From positions 64,001-128,000 of the forward strand of contig CAVVKJ010000014.1 in the NCBI GenBank assembly GCA_963748815.1: a DNA stretch of 64,000 nt, given 5' to 3'. This document shows, piece after piece, positions 34,305-44,070 of the stretch. Each line of letters starts with the position of its first letter. Within the stretch, counting starts at the first letter, position 1. This DNA is from an uncultured Gemmatimonadales bacterium (GTDB lineage Bacteria; Gemmatimonadota; Gemmatimonadetes; Gemmatimonadales; GWC2-71-9). The notes beneath the pieces are model-generated. The model searched no databases. It was not told where the DNA came from and saw nothing but the letters and a program-made list of their open reading frames with translations. A program made the translations under genes and the position numbers.

Positions 34305-37300
34305 ATGGCCGCCTCCCGTGGCGAGATGCCGTTTCTCGATCACCTCGAGGAGCTGCGTTCGCGCCTGATCAAGACGCTGGTCGCGGTCATCGTCGGGTTC
34401 GGGGCCGGCCTGTGGATCGTCCAGCGCTTTCAGTTCGTCTCCCTCCTCAAGGAACCGATCGCGCCCTACCTGATCGACGGCCGGCTCACCATCCTGAGCC
34501 CGACCGAACCGGTCATGATCGTGCTGAAGCTCTCCCTGTTGATCGGGCTGGTCCTCTCCTCGCCGTTTCTCCTCTATCAAGTCTGGGGATTCCTTTCCCC
34601 GGCGCTCTACGAGAAGGAACGCCGCGCCTTCGTCCCGGCCCTGATCGTGGGAACGCTGCTCTTCATCGTCGGCGCCGGTCTCGGCTACGTGTTCGTGGTG
34701 CCGCAGGCGCTCCGCGTCCTCTTCAGTTTCCAGACCGAGGCGCTCCAGCCGATGATCACGTACGACGCCTATTTCAGCTTCGTGCTGCAGATCCTCGTCG
34801 GACTGGGCCTGTCGTTCGAGATTCCGCTGGTCATCACCATCCTGGCGGGGTTCGGGCTCATCACGCCGGCGGCCCTCAACCGGTTCCGGCGCTTCGAGAT
34901 CGTCCTCGCCTTTGCCGCCGGGGCGCTGCTTTCGCCGGGCGCCGATGTGCTCTCGATGCTGATGATGACCTTCCCGATCCTGCTGCTGTACGAGGTCGGG
35001 GTGGCGGGGGCCATCGTGATGCACCGTCGCCGGCTCCGGCGTGCGGCGTCGGCCGCCGTCGCGGGGCTCGTCGCGCTCGCCATCTGGGGGACGCCGGCCC
35101 AGGCGCAGGACCCGCAAGTGCGCGACCGCCCCACGAAGCCGGTGCCGAAGCAGACGACGCCGGGTGCCCCCGGAGCACCCGGTGCCGCGCCGGCGACCCC
35201 CGACGACTCCCTCGCCCTCGCCAAGGTGCAGGGGGGCCAGGCGGTGGACACCGCCGCCGCGCGGCGCCTCGGCCTCCCGACGGCGCCCGTCTTTCCGTTC
35301 CCCGATCCCGACTCCACCATGCAGAGCCTCCTCCTGCGGCAGGGGTACGTGGTGACCCGGTATCGGGCCGACTCGGTGACGCTCTTCGCCCAGGACAAGC
35401 GAATCCTGATGACGGGAGAGGCGCGCACCGAGCGGGAGGGCGCGACGCTGGAGGCCGGCGAAATCGACTACCAGGACGCCAAGGGCCTGCTCGACGCCCG
35501 CGGGTCGCCGATGCTCTTCAGCGAGGGCAACATCCTGGTGGGCAAGGAGATCCGCTACTACACCGATTCAAAGAGGGGCGTCGTCACCGGCGCCCTCACG
35601 AGTTTTGATCAGGGGGGCACCGAGTGGTTTCTGCGCGGCAGCATCGCGCAGGACTCGAGTTCCCGCCGCATCTACGCCCAGTCGAGCGAAATCACCAGCT
35701 GCGACCTGCCCGACCCGCACTACCATTTCTCCGCCGGTGAGGTGAAGTGGATCAGCGGCACGGTGATGGTGGCCCGCCCGACCGTCCTCTACGTGCGGGA
35801 CGTGCCGGTCATGTGGCTGCCGTTCGTGTTCCAGGACGGCCGGCCCGACCGCCACTCGGGGATCCTGATTCCCCGGATCGGCATCAACGACGTGGTGCGG
35901 TCGTCGTCCACCTACAACCGCCAGATCACGAATCTCGGCTACTACTGGGCGACCAGCGACTATTTCGACCTGACCGCCCGGTTCGACTGGCTCGATAACC
36001 GGTATTCCACCCTGGCGGTCCTCGGGCGCTACCGGTGGCTCGACCGCTTCACCTCCGGCTCCATCGGGCTCAGCCGGCAGTGGGCCTCCGACGGTGGGCG
36101 CTCCACCGGCGTCATCTGGGATCACCACCAGATCTTCTCGCTCAACAGCTCCGTCAACCTGTCGCTGAACTACGTGACGAACAGCAGCATCGTCCGGAAC
36201 AACGCGATCGACCCGCTCCTGACCACCCAGCAGATCACGAGCGCGCTGAACTATACGCATCGCTACGGGTGGGGCACGCTGACCCTCGGCGGCAACCTCC
36301 GGCAGAACCTCGAGAACAACAGCCTCACCAGCCAGCTGCCGGCCATCACCCTGAGTCCCAAGCCGGTCAATATCGGCTCGCACGTGACCTGGTCGCCGGG
36401 GCTGTCGTTTGCCACTGAGTGGCAGCAAAAACAGCTGCTCGGCGCGCCGGACACCCTCGTCCTGGTCGGCGGTGTGGTCGACACCGTGCGCACCACCTTC
36501 AACGCGCGGGCCACCACCTTCAGCCTGGAAACGCCGTTTCGGGTCGGGAACTTCAACTGGCGGAACAGCATCCGCTTTACCGACGCCGAAGACACCAAGC
36601 GCACCACGAGGCGACAGTACGTGCCCGACCCGGATAATCCGGGGGATTCGGTGCTGGTGTCCACCACGTATGGGGGGACGTACACCTCCGGGCTCAATTG
36701 GGACACCGGCATCAACCTGCCGCTGCTCTTTCGCGGGTCGTGGAAGCTGCAGCCGTCGGTCGGGGTGACGAACGTGGTCGGGGGCCAGCCCTACCTGGTC
36801 CGCAACGAGACGACCAACGGGGAATGGGTGGCCCAGTCCAAGCGATTCGCGTTCAACATCTCCTCCAATCCCACCTTCTTTGGGTTCTACCCCGGGTTCG
36901 CCGGCTTCCAGCGCATCCGGCACAGTTTCTCGCCGGTCATTACCTACGCGATGGCGCCGTCCGCCGACATTCCGCTCGACTTCGCGGTGGCGACCGACTA
37001 CCGGAGGGCGGGCGCCATTTCGCTCACCAGCCCGCGCACCGAGCTGCTGGCGTTCGGGCTCAACCAGAACATCGAGGGCAAAAAGCTCAATCCCGGCGCG
37101 GACAGCGCCGGACAGGACGGGGGCAAGAAGCAGCGGGTGCTGAGCATCGCGACGAGCCCGATCGGCTACGATTTCGAGCAGGCCAAGGAGCCGGGCCGCA
37201 CCGGATGGATTACCCCGTCGCTCACCAATTCGTTCCAGAGTGATCTGCTCCCGGGGTTCAACCTGGCAATTACACACAGCCTCTGGGACGGCCCGGTTGG

Positions 37301-37826
37301 CTACGACAGCACGTCGTTCGATTTCGCGCTGCAGCAGGTAGGCCTCAGCTTCGCGGTCTCGTCCGCGACCTTCGCTCCGCTCCTGCGTCTGTTCGGATTG
37401 TCCGCCCCAGCCCCTGGCACCGCGGCCGACCCCGACATCCGCGGCTACGTGGCCGACTCCTACCGCCCGGTTCGACCGGGCCCCGAGGCGATCTACGGCA
37501 ACAATTTCGGTTCGACGCCCCTCGGGCGGGCCTTTCGCGCGAACGTCAGTTACACCTACCAGAAGCTCGATCGCGCCGGGATTGCGCAATCCAATATCGG
37601 GTTCAACACCACCTTCTCCCCGACGCCCCTCTGGGGACTCTCCTGGTCCACGCAGTACAACGTGACCGCCGGCACCTTCGAGTCGCAGATCATCCGGCTG
37701 GAGCGCGAGCTGCACGAGTGGCGGGCGGGGTTCAACTTCGTGCGGAACCCCAACGGCAACGTGACGCTCTACTTCTCGATCTCGCTGACCGACCTTCCCG
37801 AGATGAAGCTGGACTACAACCAGTAG
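34305..37826 (+). CDS. tatC: TatC fused in frame to an LptD-like outer-membrane LPS assembly protein
   Basis: aa 1-~245: EMPFLDHLEELRSRL, YQVWGFLSPALYEKE, FEIP, LLYEVG. Then a signal-like segment and LptD-type motifs (ITSCDLPDPHYH, RHSGILIP, NLGYYWA, LERELHEWRAGF). Confidence 0.82.
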   Translation: MAASRGEMPFLDHLEELRSRLIKTLVAVIVGFGAGLWIVQRFQFVSLLKEPIAPYLIDGRLTILSPTEPVMIVLKLSLLIGLVLSSPFLLYQVWGFLSPALYEKERRAFVPALIVGTLLFIVGAGLGYVFVVPQALRVLFSFQTEALQPMITYDAYFSFVLQILVGLGLSFEIPLVITILAGFGLITPAALNRFRRFEIVLAFAAGALLSPGADVLSMLMMTFPILLLYEVGVAGAIVMHRRRLRRAASAAVAGLVALAIWGTPAQAQDPQVRDRPTKPVPKQTTPGAPGAPGAAPATPDDSLALAKVQGGQAVDTAAARRLGLPTAPVFPFPDPDSTMQSLLLRQGYVVTRYRADSVTLFAQDKRILMTGEARTEREGATLEAGEIDYQDAKGLLDARGSPMLFSEGNILVGKEIRYYTDSKRGVVTGALTSFDQGGTEWFLRGSIAQDSSSRRIYAQSSEITSCDLPDPHYHFSAGEVKWISGTVMVARPTVLYVRDVPVMWLPFVFQDGRPDRHSGILIPRIGINDVVRSSSTYNRQITNLGYYWATSDYFDLTARFDWLDNRYSTLAVLGRYRWLDRFTSGSIGLSRQWASDGGRSTGVIWDHHQIFSLNSSVNLSLNYVTNSSIVRNNAIDPLLTTQQITSALNYTHRYGWGTLTLGGNLRQNLENNSLTSQLPAITLSPKPVNIGSHVTWSPGLSFATEWQQKQLLGAPDTLVLVGGVVDTVRTTFNARATTFSLETPFRVGNFNWRNSIRFTDAEDTKRTTRRQYVPDPDNPGDSVLVSTTYGGTYTSGLNWDTGINLPLLFRGSWKLQPSVGVTNVVGGQPYLVRNETTNGEWVAQSKRFAFNISSNPTFFGFYPGFAGFQRIRHSFSPVITYAMAPSADIPLDFAVATDYRRAGAISLTSPRTELLAFGLNQNIEGKKLNPGADSAGQDGGKKQRVLSIATSPIGYDFEQAKEPGRTGWITPSLTNSFQSDLLPGFNLAITHSLWDGPVGYDSTSFDFALQQVGLSFAVSSATFAPLLRLFGLSAPAPGTAADPDIRGYVADSYRPVRPGPEAIYGNNFGSTPLGRAFRANVSYTYQKLDRAGIAQSNIGFNTTFSPTPLWGLSWSTQYNVTAGTFESQIIRLERELHEWRAGFNFVRNPNGNVTLYFSISLTDLPEMKLDYNQ

Positions 37827-37923
37827 CCGGACCGCTTGCAATCGTCCCCGTGAGCGGACATCTCCCCGCTCGTAGTATCGGCATAACCACTTGTCTTTAC
37901 GTCACTTGCGATACTCCTTTGCA

Positions 37924-37939
37924 TGGCATGGACCGTGCT
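37924..37939 (+). promoter_or_regulatory. Candidate sigma-54 promoter
   Basis: TGGCAT-GGACC-GTGCT (GG-N10-GC) preceded by an AT-rich tract. Confidence 0.45.
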
Positions 37940-37972
37940 CTCTGGGGGGTGTCCCCTCTTCGAGGAATTCCG

Positions 37973-39142
37973 ATGCGTTACGCCTGGGCCGGTGCGGCCA
38001 TTCTCACTCTCGCCGCCTGTGACTCCTATACCGAAGTCATCGCGCCGCCGGCGGGGATTCTCCCGCCCGCTGCGCTCTACTACGAAGTGGCCCCGGTCGG
38101 CACCGGGACGGCGCCATCGGGCCTCCTGCTCTCCTGGCCGGACGACGGCAATCCCAACCTCGCTGTCTGGCATGTGTATTCGCGTGGAGTCACGAACGAG
38201 CCGTTCTACCTGCGCGGGTCCACCACCTCCAACAGCTTTCACGACAACGGCCCCCCCGACCTCGAGTACTACGTGACCGCGGAGGACCTCGCCGGCTTCG
38301 AAAGCGTGCCGAGCCCCACCGTGACCATCGATGAACGTCTCGCGCTCCCGGCGCCGGCCACCCTGTTCAGCACCAGCCTCGACGGGGCCATTGCCCTGGC
38401 GTGGGCCGACAACGCGCACGCGGCCTCGCCGGCGCGGTTCGCGGCCTACCGGATCTACAGCGCGGCGTACAACCTCGATGCCAATCTCTGCGACGTCGAC
38501 TGGTACCTCGAGGGCACCACGGTGGCGCCCGAGTTCATCGCCGGTGCGTTGCCGAACGGGCAGCCGCGCTGCTTCGCCGTGACGGCGGTGAGCCGCGAGG
38601 GGTACGAGAGCCTCTGGTCGCCGATCCGCGCCGACACCCCGCGCCCCGACGCCCGGAACATCGTCCTCTTTGCAGCCGAAGCCTCCCTGGGCCAGAGCGG
38701 GTTCCGGTTCTGGAAGGACCTGAACAACGACTTCACGGTGCAGCCGAACGAGCTGGGACTCGTCGGTTCCGGCGCCGCCCCTGATATCGACTTCGTCGTC
38801 GAACGAAACGGCCCCTCGGCGCTGCGGCTGCGGCCGGTGCGCGCAGGGACCGGTGTCGAGTTCTACGGAAACACCGCCGTCGGCGACCTGACCGACATCG
38901 ACTGGGCGCCGGACCAGGCGTACAGCCCGCTGCCCATCGATGCGCGGGTCGGCTGGGGCTATGTCTTCGAGATGAGCGCCGCCGATCCCTACGCCCGCTA
39001 CGGGGCGCTCCGGATCACGCACGTCGGGCAGGACTTCCTGATCCTCGACTGGTCGTACCAGACCGATCCGGGGAACCCGGAGCTCGTGGTGGGTGGCGGG
39101 GTCCGCACCGCTCGCCCCAGCGGGGTGACGGTGCACCGATAG
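37973..39142 (+). CDS. Hypothetical lipoprotein with two fibronectin-III-like repeats
   Basis: GAGGA RBS; lipobox LAAC; repeats LLLSW..WHVYS..YYVTAED..ES and IALAW..YRIYS..FAVTAVS..ES. Confidence 0.75.
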   Translation: MRYAWAGAAILTLAACDSYTEVIAPPAGILPPAALYYEVAPVGTGTAPSGLLLSWPDDGNPNLAVWHVYSRGVTNEPFYLRGSTTSNSFHDNGPPDLEYYVTAEDLAGFESVPSPTVTIDERLALPAPATLFSTSLDGAIALAWADNAHAASPARFAAYRIYSAAYNLDANLCDVDWYLEGTTVAPEFIAGALPNGQPRCFAVTAVSREGYESLWSPIRADTPRPDARNIVLFAAEASLGQSGFRFWKDLNNDFTVQPNELGLVGSGAAPDIDFVVERNGPSALRLRPVRAGTGVEFYGNTAVGDLTDIDWAPDQAYSPLPIDARVGWGYVFEMSAADPYARYGALRITHVGQDFLILDWSYQTDPGNPELVVGGGVRTARPSGVTVHR

Positions 39143-39184
39143 GCCGCACTTGTGTCGGCCGGGACGTTCGGGCAGTTTCGGTGG

Positions 39185-40717
39185 ATGCCTACTGAAACCC
39201 TGCATCTCGACGGCCAGTCGCTCACAATTTCCGACGTGGTCCGCGCGGCACGCACTCCTGCGTGCCGCGTTGGCGTTCGCCCCGCGGCGCTGGCGGCCCT
39301 GGAGGCCAGTCGGGGCCGCGTGGAGCGCGCACTGGCGTCGGGCCAGACGATCTACGGGATCAACACCGGGTTCGGGAAGCTGGCCAACGTGCGGATCGCC
39401 CCCGGGGACCTCGACCGGTTGCAGGTCAACCTGATCCGCAGCCACGCCGCCGGCGTCGGCGCCCCCCTGGCGCCCGAGGTCGTCCGGGGCCTCATGATCC
39501 TGCGGGCCAACGTCCTGCTGCGGCCGACCAGCGGCGTGCGCCCGGCACTCGTCGAGGCGCTGATCGGCTTGCTCAACGCCGGCATCATCCCCGCCGTGCC
39601 GGAGCAGGGGAGCGTCGGGGCCAGCGGCGACCTCGCCCCGCTCAGCCACGTGGCGCTCGTCCTGATGGGCGAGGGCGAGGTGCTGCAGGCGGGGCGCCGG
39701 GTGCCGGCCGCGGCGGCGCTCGCAGAGGCCGGATTGGCCGCCCACCGGTTCGCGCCGAAGGAAGGGCTGGCCTTCATCAACGGCACGCAGGCGCAGACGG
39801 CGATGCTCGCGCTCCTGGTGCACGACGCCGAGGTGCTCTGGCGGAGCGCCGTGGGCGCAGCGGCGATGAGTCTCGAGGCGCTGCGGGGCACGCCGACGCC
39901 GCTCGACGAGCGCATCCACGCGGCGCGTCCGCACGCGGGACAGATCGAGGCGGCGCGGCTGATGCGCGAACTCCTTGCGGACAGCGCCATCCGGGACTCG
40001 CACCGCGACGACGACCCCCGCGTCCAGGACGCCTACAGCCTCCGGTGCACGCCCCAGGTGCTCGGCGCCGTCTGGGACGCCATCGCCTTCGCGGCGCACA
40101 CGGCGTCCATCGAGCTCAATGCCTCCACCGACAACCCACTGGTCTTCGAGAACGGCGACGTGCTTTCGGGGGGCAACTTCCACGGGCAACCGGTCGCGCA
40201 GGCCCTCGACTTCCTGGCGGTGGCGCTGACGACCCTGCAGGCAATCGCCGAGCGGCGGGTGGAGCGGCTCGTCAACCCTGACCTGTCGCAGGGCCTGCCG
40301 GCGTTCCTGACGAACGATCCGGGGCTGTCGTCGGGCTACATGATGGTCCAGATCACGGCGGCGGCGCTCGTCGCGGAATCCCGGACGCTGGCCTATCCGG
40401 CGAGCATCGGTTCGATCCCGACCGACGCGAACCAGGAGGACTTCGTGCCGATGGGGATGGGGGCCGCCTACAAGGCGCGCCGCATCCTCGACAACGCCGT
40501 CCACGTCATCGCGACGGAGCTGCTGTGCGCCGGGCAGGGGCTCGAGCTGCTGAAGCCGCTCACCCCCGGGCGCGGTGTGGGAGGGCTCTTTGCCCGGCTG
40601 CGGGGCCTGCGCCCCACCGTGCCGCCGCTGACCGACGACCGGCCGCCGGCGCCCGACCTCGAACGCATCGCGCGGGCGCTCCGGGAGGGGGAGTTCGATC
40701 CCTCCACGCTCGCGTAG
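39185..40717 (+). CDS. hutH: Histidine ammonia-lyase
   Basis: YGINTGFG, MIO motif GSVGASGDLAPL, KEGLAFING, VQDAYSLRC, SGGNFHGQP, NQEDFVPMG. Confidence 0.93.
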   Translation: MPTETLHLDGQSLTISDVVRAARTPACRVGVRPAALAALEASRGRVERALASGQTIYGINTGFGKLANVRIAPGDLDRLQVNLIRSHAAGVGAPLAPEVVRGLMILRANVLLRPTSGVRPALVEALIGLLNAGIIPAVPEQGSVGASGDLAPLSHVALVLMGEGEVLQAGRRVPAAAALAEAGLAAHRFAPKEGLAFINGTQAQTAMLALLVHDAEVLWRSAVGAAAMSLEALRGTPTPLDERIHAARPHAGQIEAARLMRELLADSAIRDSHRDDDPRVQDAYSLRCTPQVLGAVWDAIAFAAHTASIELNASTDNPLVFENGDVLSGGNFHGQPVAQALDFLAVALTTLQAIAERRVERLVNPDLSQGLPAFLTNDPGLSSGYMMVQITAAALVAESRTLAYPASIGSIPTDANQEDFVPMGMGAAYKARRILDNAVHVIATELLCAGQGLELLKPLTPGRGVGGLFARLRGLRPTVPPLTDDRPPAPDLERIARALREGEFDPSTLA

Positions 40718-40718
40718 C

Positions 40719-40747
40719 TTGCTCCCCCTCTCCCCCCTTCCTATCTT
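40719..40747 (+). promoter_or_regulatory. Candidate sigma-70 promoter
   Basis: TTGCTC-N17-TATCTT upstream of the 40814 gene. Confidence 0.45.
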
Positions 40748-40813
40748 TCGGCGGTACGTGCCCCTTAAGTCCAAGTCCTGTCGCCGTTTTCCTCCTCCTC
40801 TGGCCGAGCCCGA

Positions 40814-43087
40814 ATGAACCTCGACAAGCTCAAAGACACCGCCAGGAAGCATGAACAGAAGGAAGAGTGGCGGAAGGCCATCGATGTTTACCAGCGCGTC
40901 CTCCAGGCCTTCGAGTCCGGCGAGGAAGCCGCCCCCGACCTGGCCCTCTACAACAAGGTGGGCGATCTCCACCTGAAGGTGGGCGACATTCCCGCCGCGG
41001 TCCGCTCCTACGAGCGCGCCGTCGAGCTGTACAGCGAGCAGGGCTTTTCCAACAACGCCATCGCCGTCTGCGGGAAGATCCTCCGGTACGACCCTCACCG
41101 CACGCGCACCTACATCCAGCTCGCCCGCCTGCATGCGCGGAAGAACATGGCGGGCGAGGCCAAGAAGAACCTGATCGAATACCTCGAGCGGATGAACCGC
41201 GAGGGGCTCCGCGACGACGCGTTCCGGGACGTGAAAGCGTTCGCCGACCAGTTCGCCAGCAGCGACGAGATTCGCGTGATGCTGGCGGAACTGCTCCGGG
41301 TCGCGTCGCGCGGCGCCGAAGCGCGTGAACAGCTGGAGAAGCTGGCATCCGATCTCGAGAGCCGCGGCGACCAGGCTGGCGCGCGGCGCACGCGGGACCG
41401 GCTCAACGAGATGGAGGTGACGCCCGCCCCGGCACCCGCCGAGGAGCCGCGGCGCCGGAGTGACCTGGTCTTCCTCGACATCGGGATCGATACGCCGTTC
41501 GGTTCACCAGTCGGGTTCGGCGCGCCCACCCGCGAAGTGCGCACGACGGAGCCGCCTCCGTCGCCGCCCGTGGCGGACCCGCCTGTCGAGGTCGCGATGT
41601 CCGCCTCCGACCTGATGCGGTCCGATCTCGATGACATGGAACCGGAGTTCGACGTGGAGCCGGTGGAGGGTCTCGAGCGCGTGGACGCCGACTCGCTCGA
41701 CGATCTCGAGATTCTCCCGGTCGATCCCGACCTGGTGGTGGACCAGACCCATCTCGACCCCGCGGACGAACCCGCCCAGCTCGACGGTTTCGAGCCCGGT
41801 GTCGCGGACGACACGGGGACCGTCCCGCTGGTGGCGAACGACGTCACCGGGCTCGTGTCCGACCTGACCATCGACCTCACCAGCACCGCCATCAGCGACG
41901 ACGCGGCGCCGGACCGGATCGAGGAAGAGCCGCTTCTCGGCGACCTCGAGGTCTCCCTCGACGAGCCGGAGATGGGCGAGAGCTACGCGGTCGACGCGGC
42001 GCCGGTCTGGGACGTGGACGATCCGGCGCTGCAGCTGGTCGAGGACCCGGACGCCTCCGCGCCGGAGCAGGAACAGTCGGCCGAGGAGCGGGTGGCGGCC
42101 CTTGAGGATCGGGTGCTCGACAATCCGGACGATCCGGAGGTGCACCGCGCGCTCGGCGAGGCGCTGCTGTCCGTCGGGGACCACGCGCGGGGCGTGGAAG
42201 AGCTCGACCTGGCCCTCGGCCGATTCGAGGAACTCGAGGACTGGGATCGGGCGAACGATGTGGCGGAGGAACTGGCCCGGCTCGAACCATCCGGCATCCG
42301 GTACTTCCAGAAGCTCGTGGAACTGGCGTACCGGGTCGGCCACCGGGGCCGGGTCGTCGACGCCTACCTCGAACTCGGCGACGCCCTGGTGCGCGTCGGG
42401 GCAGTCGAAAAGGCGCTGGCCGTCTATGGCCGCGTGGCGGAGAGCGAGCCCGACAACGCCCGGGCCCGCGCGGCCATCGACGCGCTCGCCCCTCCGGCCC
42501 CACCGGCGCCCGCCGTCTCCGCGCCCCCGCCGCCCAAGGCGACGGACGACTTCGTCGACCTGGGGGCCATGCTGCTCGACGGCGACGCCGGCGTGAAGCC
42601 GAAGGACACCCGGATGCGGGTGCAGGACGAGGAGCCGACCGGCGACGAGGAGAAGGATTTCGCCGACATGCTCAAGCAGTTCAAGCGCGGCCTCGACGAA
42701 AATCTGGACGACGAGGACTACCAGTCCCACTACGACCTCGGGATCGCGTTCAAGGAGATGGGGCTGCTCGACGAGGCCATCGCGGAGTTCCAGAAGGCGC
42801 TCCGGTCGCCGGACGCCCGGCTGCGGACCTCGGAGGCGCTCGGCTCGTCGTTCTTCGACAAGGGGCAGTTCGCAGTGGCGGAGGCGATCCTCCGCCGCGC
42901 CGTGGATGGCCTGAGCGGCCAGGACAACGAGAAGATCGGGCTGCTGTACTGGCTGGGGCGGGCGCTGGAGGCGGAAGGGCGTGGGCACGAGGCCCGACCG
43001 TACTACGAGCGGGCCCTGGCGGTCGACGTGAAGTTCATGGACCTCAACGACCGGCTCCGGGCCATCATCCAGGGCGGGGCGGCGTGA
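40814..43087 (+). CDS. Large cytoplasmic TPR protein with acidic disordered linker (SgmX-like architecture)
   Basis: N-terminal TPRs (YNKVGDL, GFSNNAIAVCGKILR), Asp/Glu/Pro-rich centre, C-terminal TPRs with HYDLGIAFKEMGLLDEAIAEFQKA. Confidence 0.8.
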   Translation: MNLDKLKDTARKHEQKEEWRKAIDVYQRVLQAFESGEEAAPDLALYNKVGDLHLKVGDIPAAVRSYERAVELYSEQGFSNNAIAVCGKILRYDPHRTRTYIQLARLHARKNMAGEAKKNLIEYLERMNREGLRDDAFRDVKAFADQFASSDEIRVMLAELLRVASRGAEAREQLEKLASDLESRGDQAGARRTRDRLNEMEVTPAPAPAEEPRRRSDLVFLDIGIDTPFGSPVGFGAPTREVRTTEPPPSPPVADPPVEVAMSASDLMRSDLDDMEPEFDVEPVEGLERVDADSLDDLEILPVDPDLVVDQTHLDPADEPAQLDGFEPGVADDTGTVPLVANDVTGLVSDLTIDLTSTAISDDAAPDRIEEEPLLGDLEVSLDEPEMGESYAVDAAPVWDVDDPALQLVEDPDASAPEQEQSAEERVAALEDRVLDNPDDPEVHRALGEALLSVGDHARGVEELDLALGRFEELEDWDRANDVAEELARLEPSGIRYFQKLVELAYRVGHRGRVVDAYLELGDALVRVGAVEKALAVYGRVAESEPDNARARAAIDALAPPAPPAPAVSAPPPPKATDDFVDLGAMLLDGDAGVKPKDTRMRVQDEEPTGDEEKDFADMLKQFKRGLDENLDDEDYQSHYDLGIAFKEMGLLDEAIAEFQKALRSPDARLRTSEALGSSFFDKGQFAVAEAILRRAVDGLSGQDNEKIGLLYWLGRALEAEGRGHEARPYYERALAVDVKFMDLNDRLRAIIQGGAA

Positions 43088-44070
43088 CCCAGGCGATGCC
43101 GGCCACGCTCGCCGATATCCAGGCGCCGGTGCGCGACCGGCTCGACGAGGTGCGCTCCGAGCTCCGCCGGATCGTCGAGGCGGATTTCGGCCTGATCGCC
43201 GAGGTGAACGCGCACCTCCTCCAGATGCACGGGAAGATGCTGCGGCCGACCCTGCTGCTCCTGGCCGACGAGGCCACGGGCGCCCCCGACCAGCGCGCAC
43301 CCACCCTCGGCGCGGTGGTGGAGCTCATTCACCTCGCGACCCTGGTGCACGACGACTCCGTCGACCACTCCGTGCGCCGCCGCGGCATGCCGACGATCAA
43401 CGCCCTCTTCAGTCACCAGGTGTCGGTGATCATGGGGGACTACCTCTACTCCCGCGCCGTCATCGAGCTGGTCCGGCTGGCCGACCTCGAGCCCCTGCGC
43501 ATCCTGGGCCGGGTCACCAACGAGATGACCGTCGGCGAAATGCGGCAGCTGCTGGCGCACGACCGGCTGGCGTTCTCCGAGGAGCAGTACGACTTGCTGA
43601 TCACCGCCAAGACGGCGTCGCTCCTGTCTGGTGCCTGCGAAACCGGCGCCATCCGCGCGCCCGCGGCGCAGCGGCAGGCGCTGCGCGAGTTCGGGCTCCG
43701 GCTCGGCATGGCCTTCCAGATTGTCGACGATCTCCTCGACTACACGGGCGACGCGTCGGTCACGGGGAAGCCGGTCGGCGCCGACCTGCGGGAGCACAAG
43801 GTGACGCTGCCCCTGATCTACGCCCTGCCCCGGCTGACCCCGGCCAATCGTCGCGAGGTGTCGGCCCTCATGGACGCCGAGGTGCCGACCGACGAGCAGA
43901 TCGCGGCGGTCGTGGACGCCGTCACGGCGGCGGGTGGCCTCGACTACGCCAGGGAGCGGGCGCTCTCGCTGTCGACCCGGGCCGAGTCGGCGCTGGAAGA
44001 GCTGGCACCGAGCCCGGCGCGCGACGCCCTGCGGGCGAGCATTCCCTTCGTCCTCGACCGGAGAAGCTGA
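43084..44070 (+). CDS. ispB: Polyprenyl diphosphate synthase (IspB-like)
   Basis: GKMLRP, ELIHLATLVHDDSVD, MGDYL, KTASL, AFQIVDDLLD, GKPVGADL. Confidence 0.88.
   Translation: MTQAMPATLADIQAPVRDRLDEVRSELRRIVEADFGLIAEVNAHLLQMHGKMLRPTLLLLADEATGAPDQRAPTLGAVVELIHLATLVHDDSVDHSVRRRGMPTINALFSHQVSVIMGDYLYSRAVIELVRLADLEPLRILGRVTNEMTVGEMRQLLAHDRLAFSEEQYDLLITAKTASLLSGACETGAIRAPAAQRQALREFGLRLGMAFQIVDDLLDYTGDASVTGKPVGADLREHKVTLPLIYALPRLTPANRREVSALMDAEVPTDEQIAAVVDAVTAAGGLDYARERALSLSTRAESALEELAPSPARDALRASIPFVLDRRS

Noticed and set aside
37814..41134. 1106-aa antisense ORF and similar long minus-strand ORFs (35568-37841, 54225-56873, 48880-50946)
   Set aside because: Shadow frames of high-GC3 sense genes, with no recognisable motifs.
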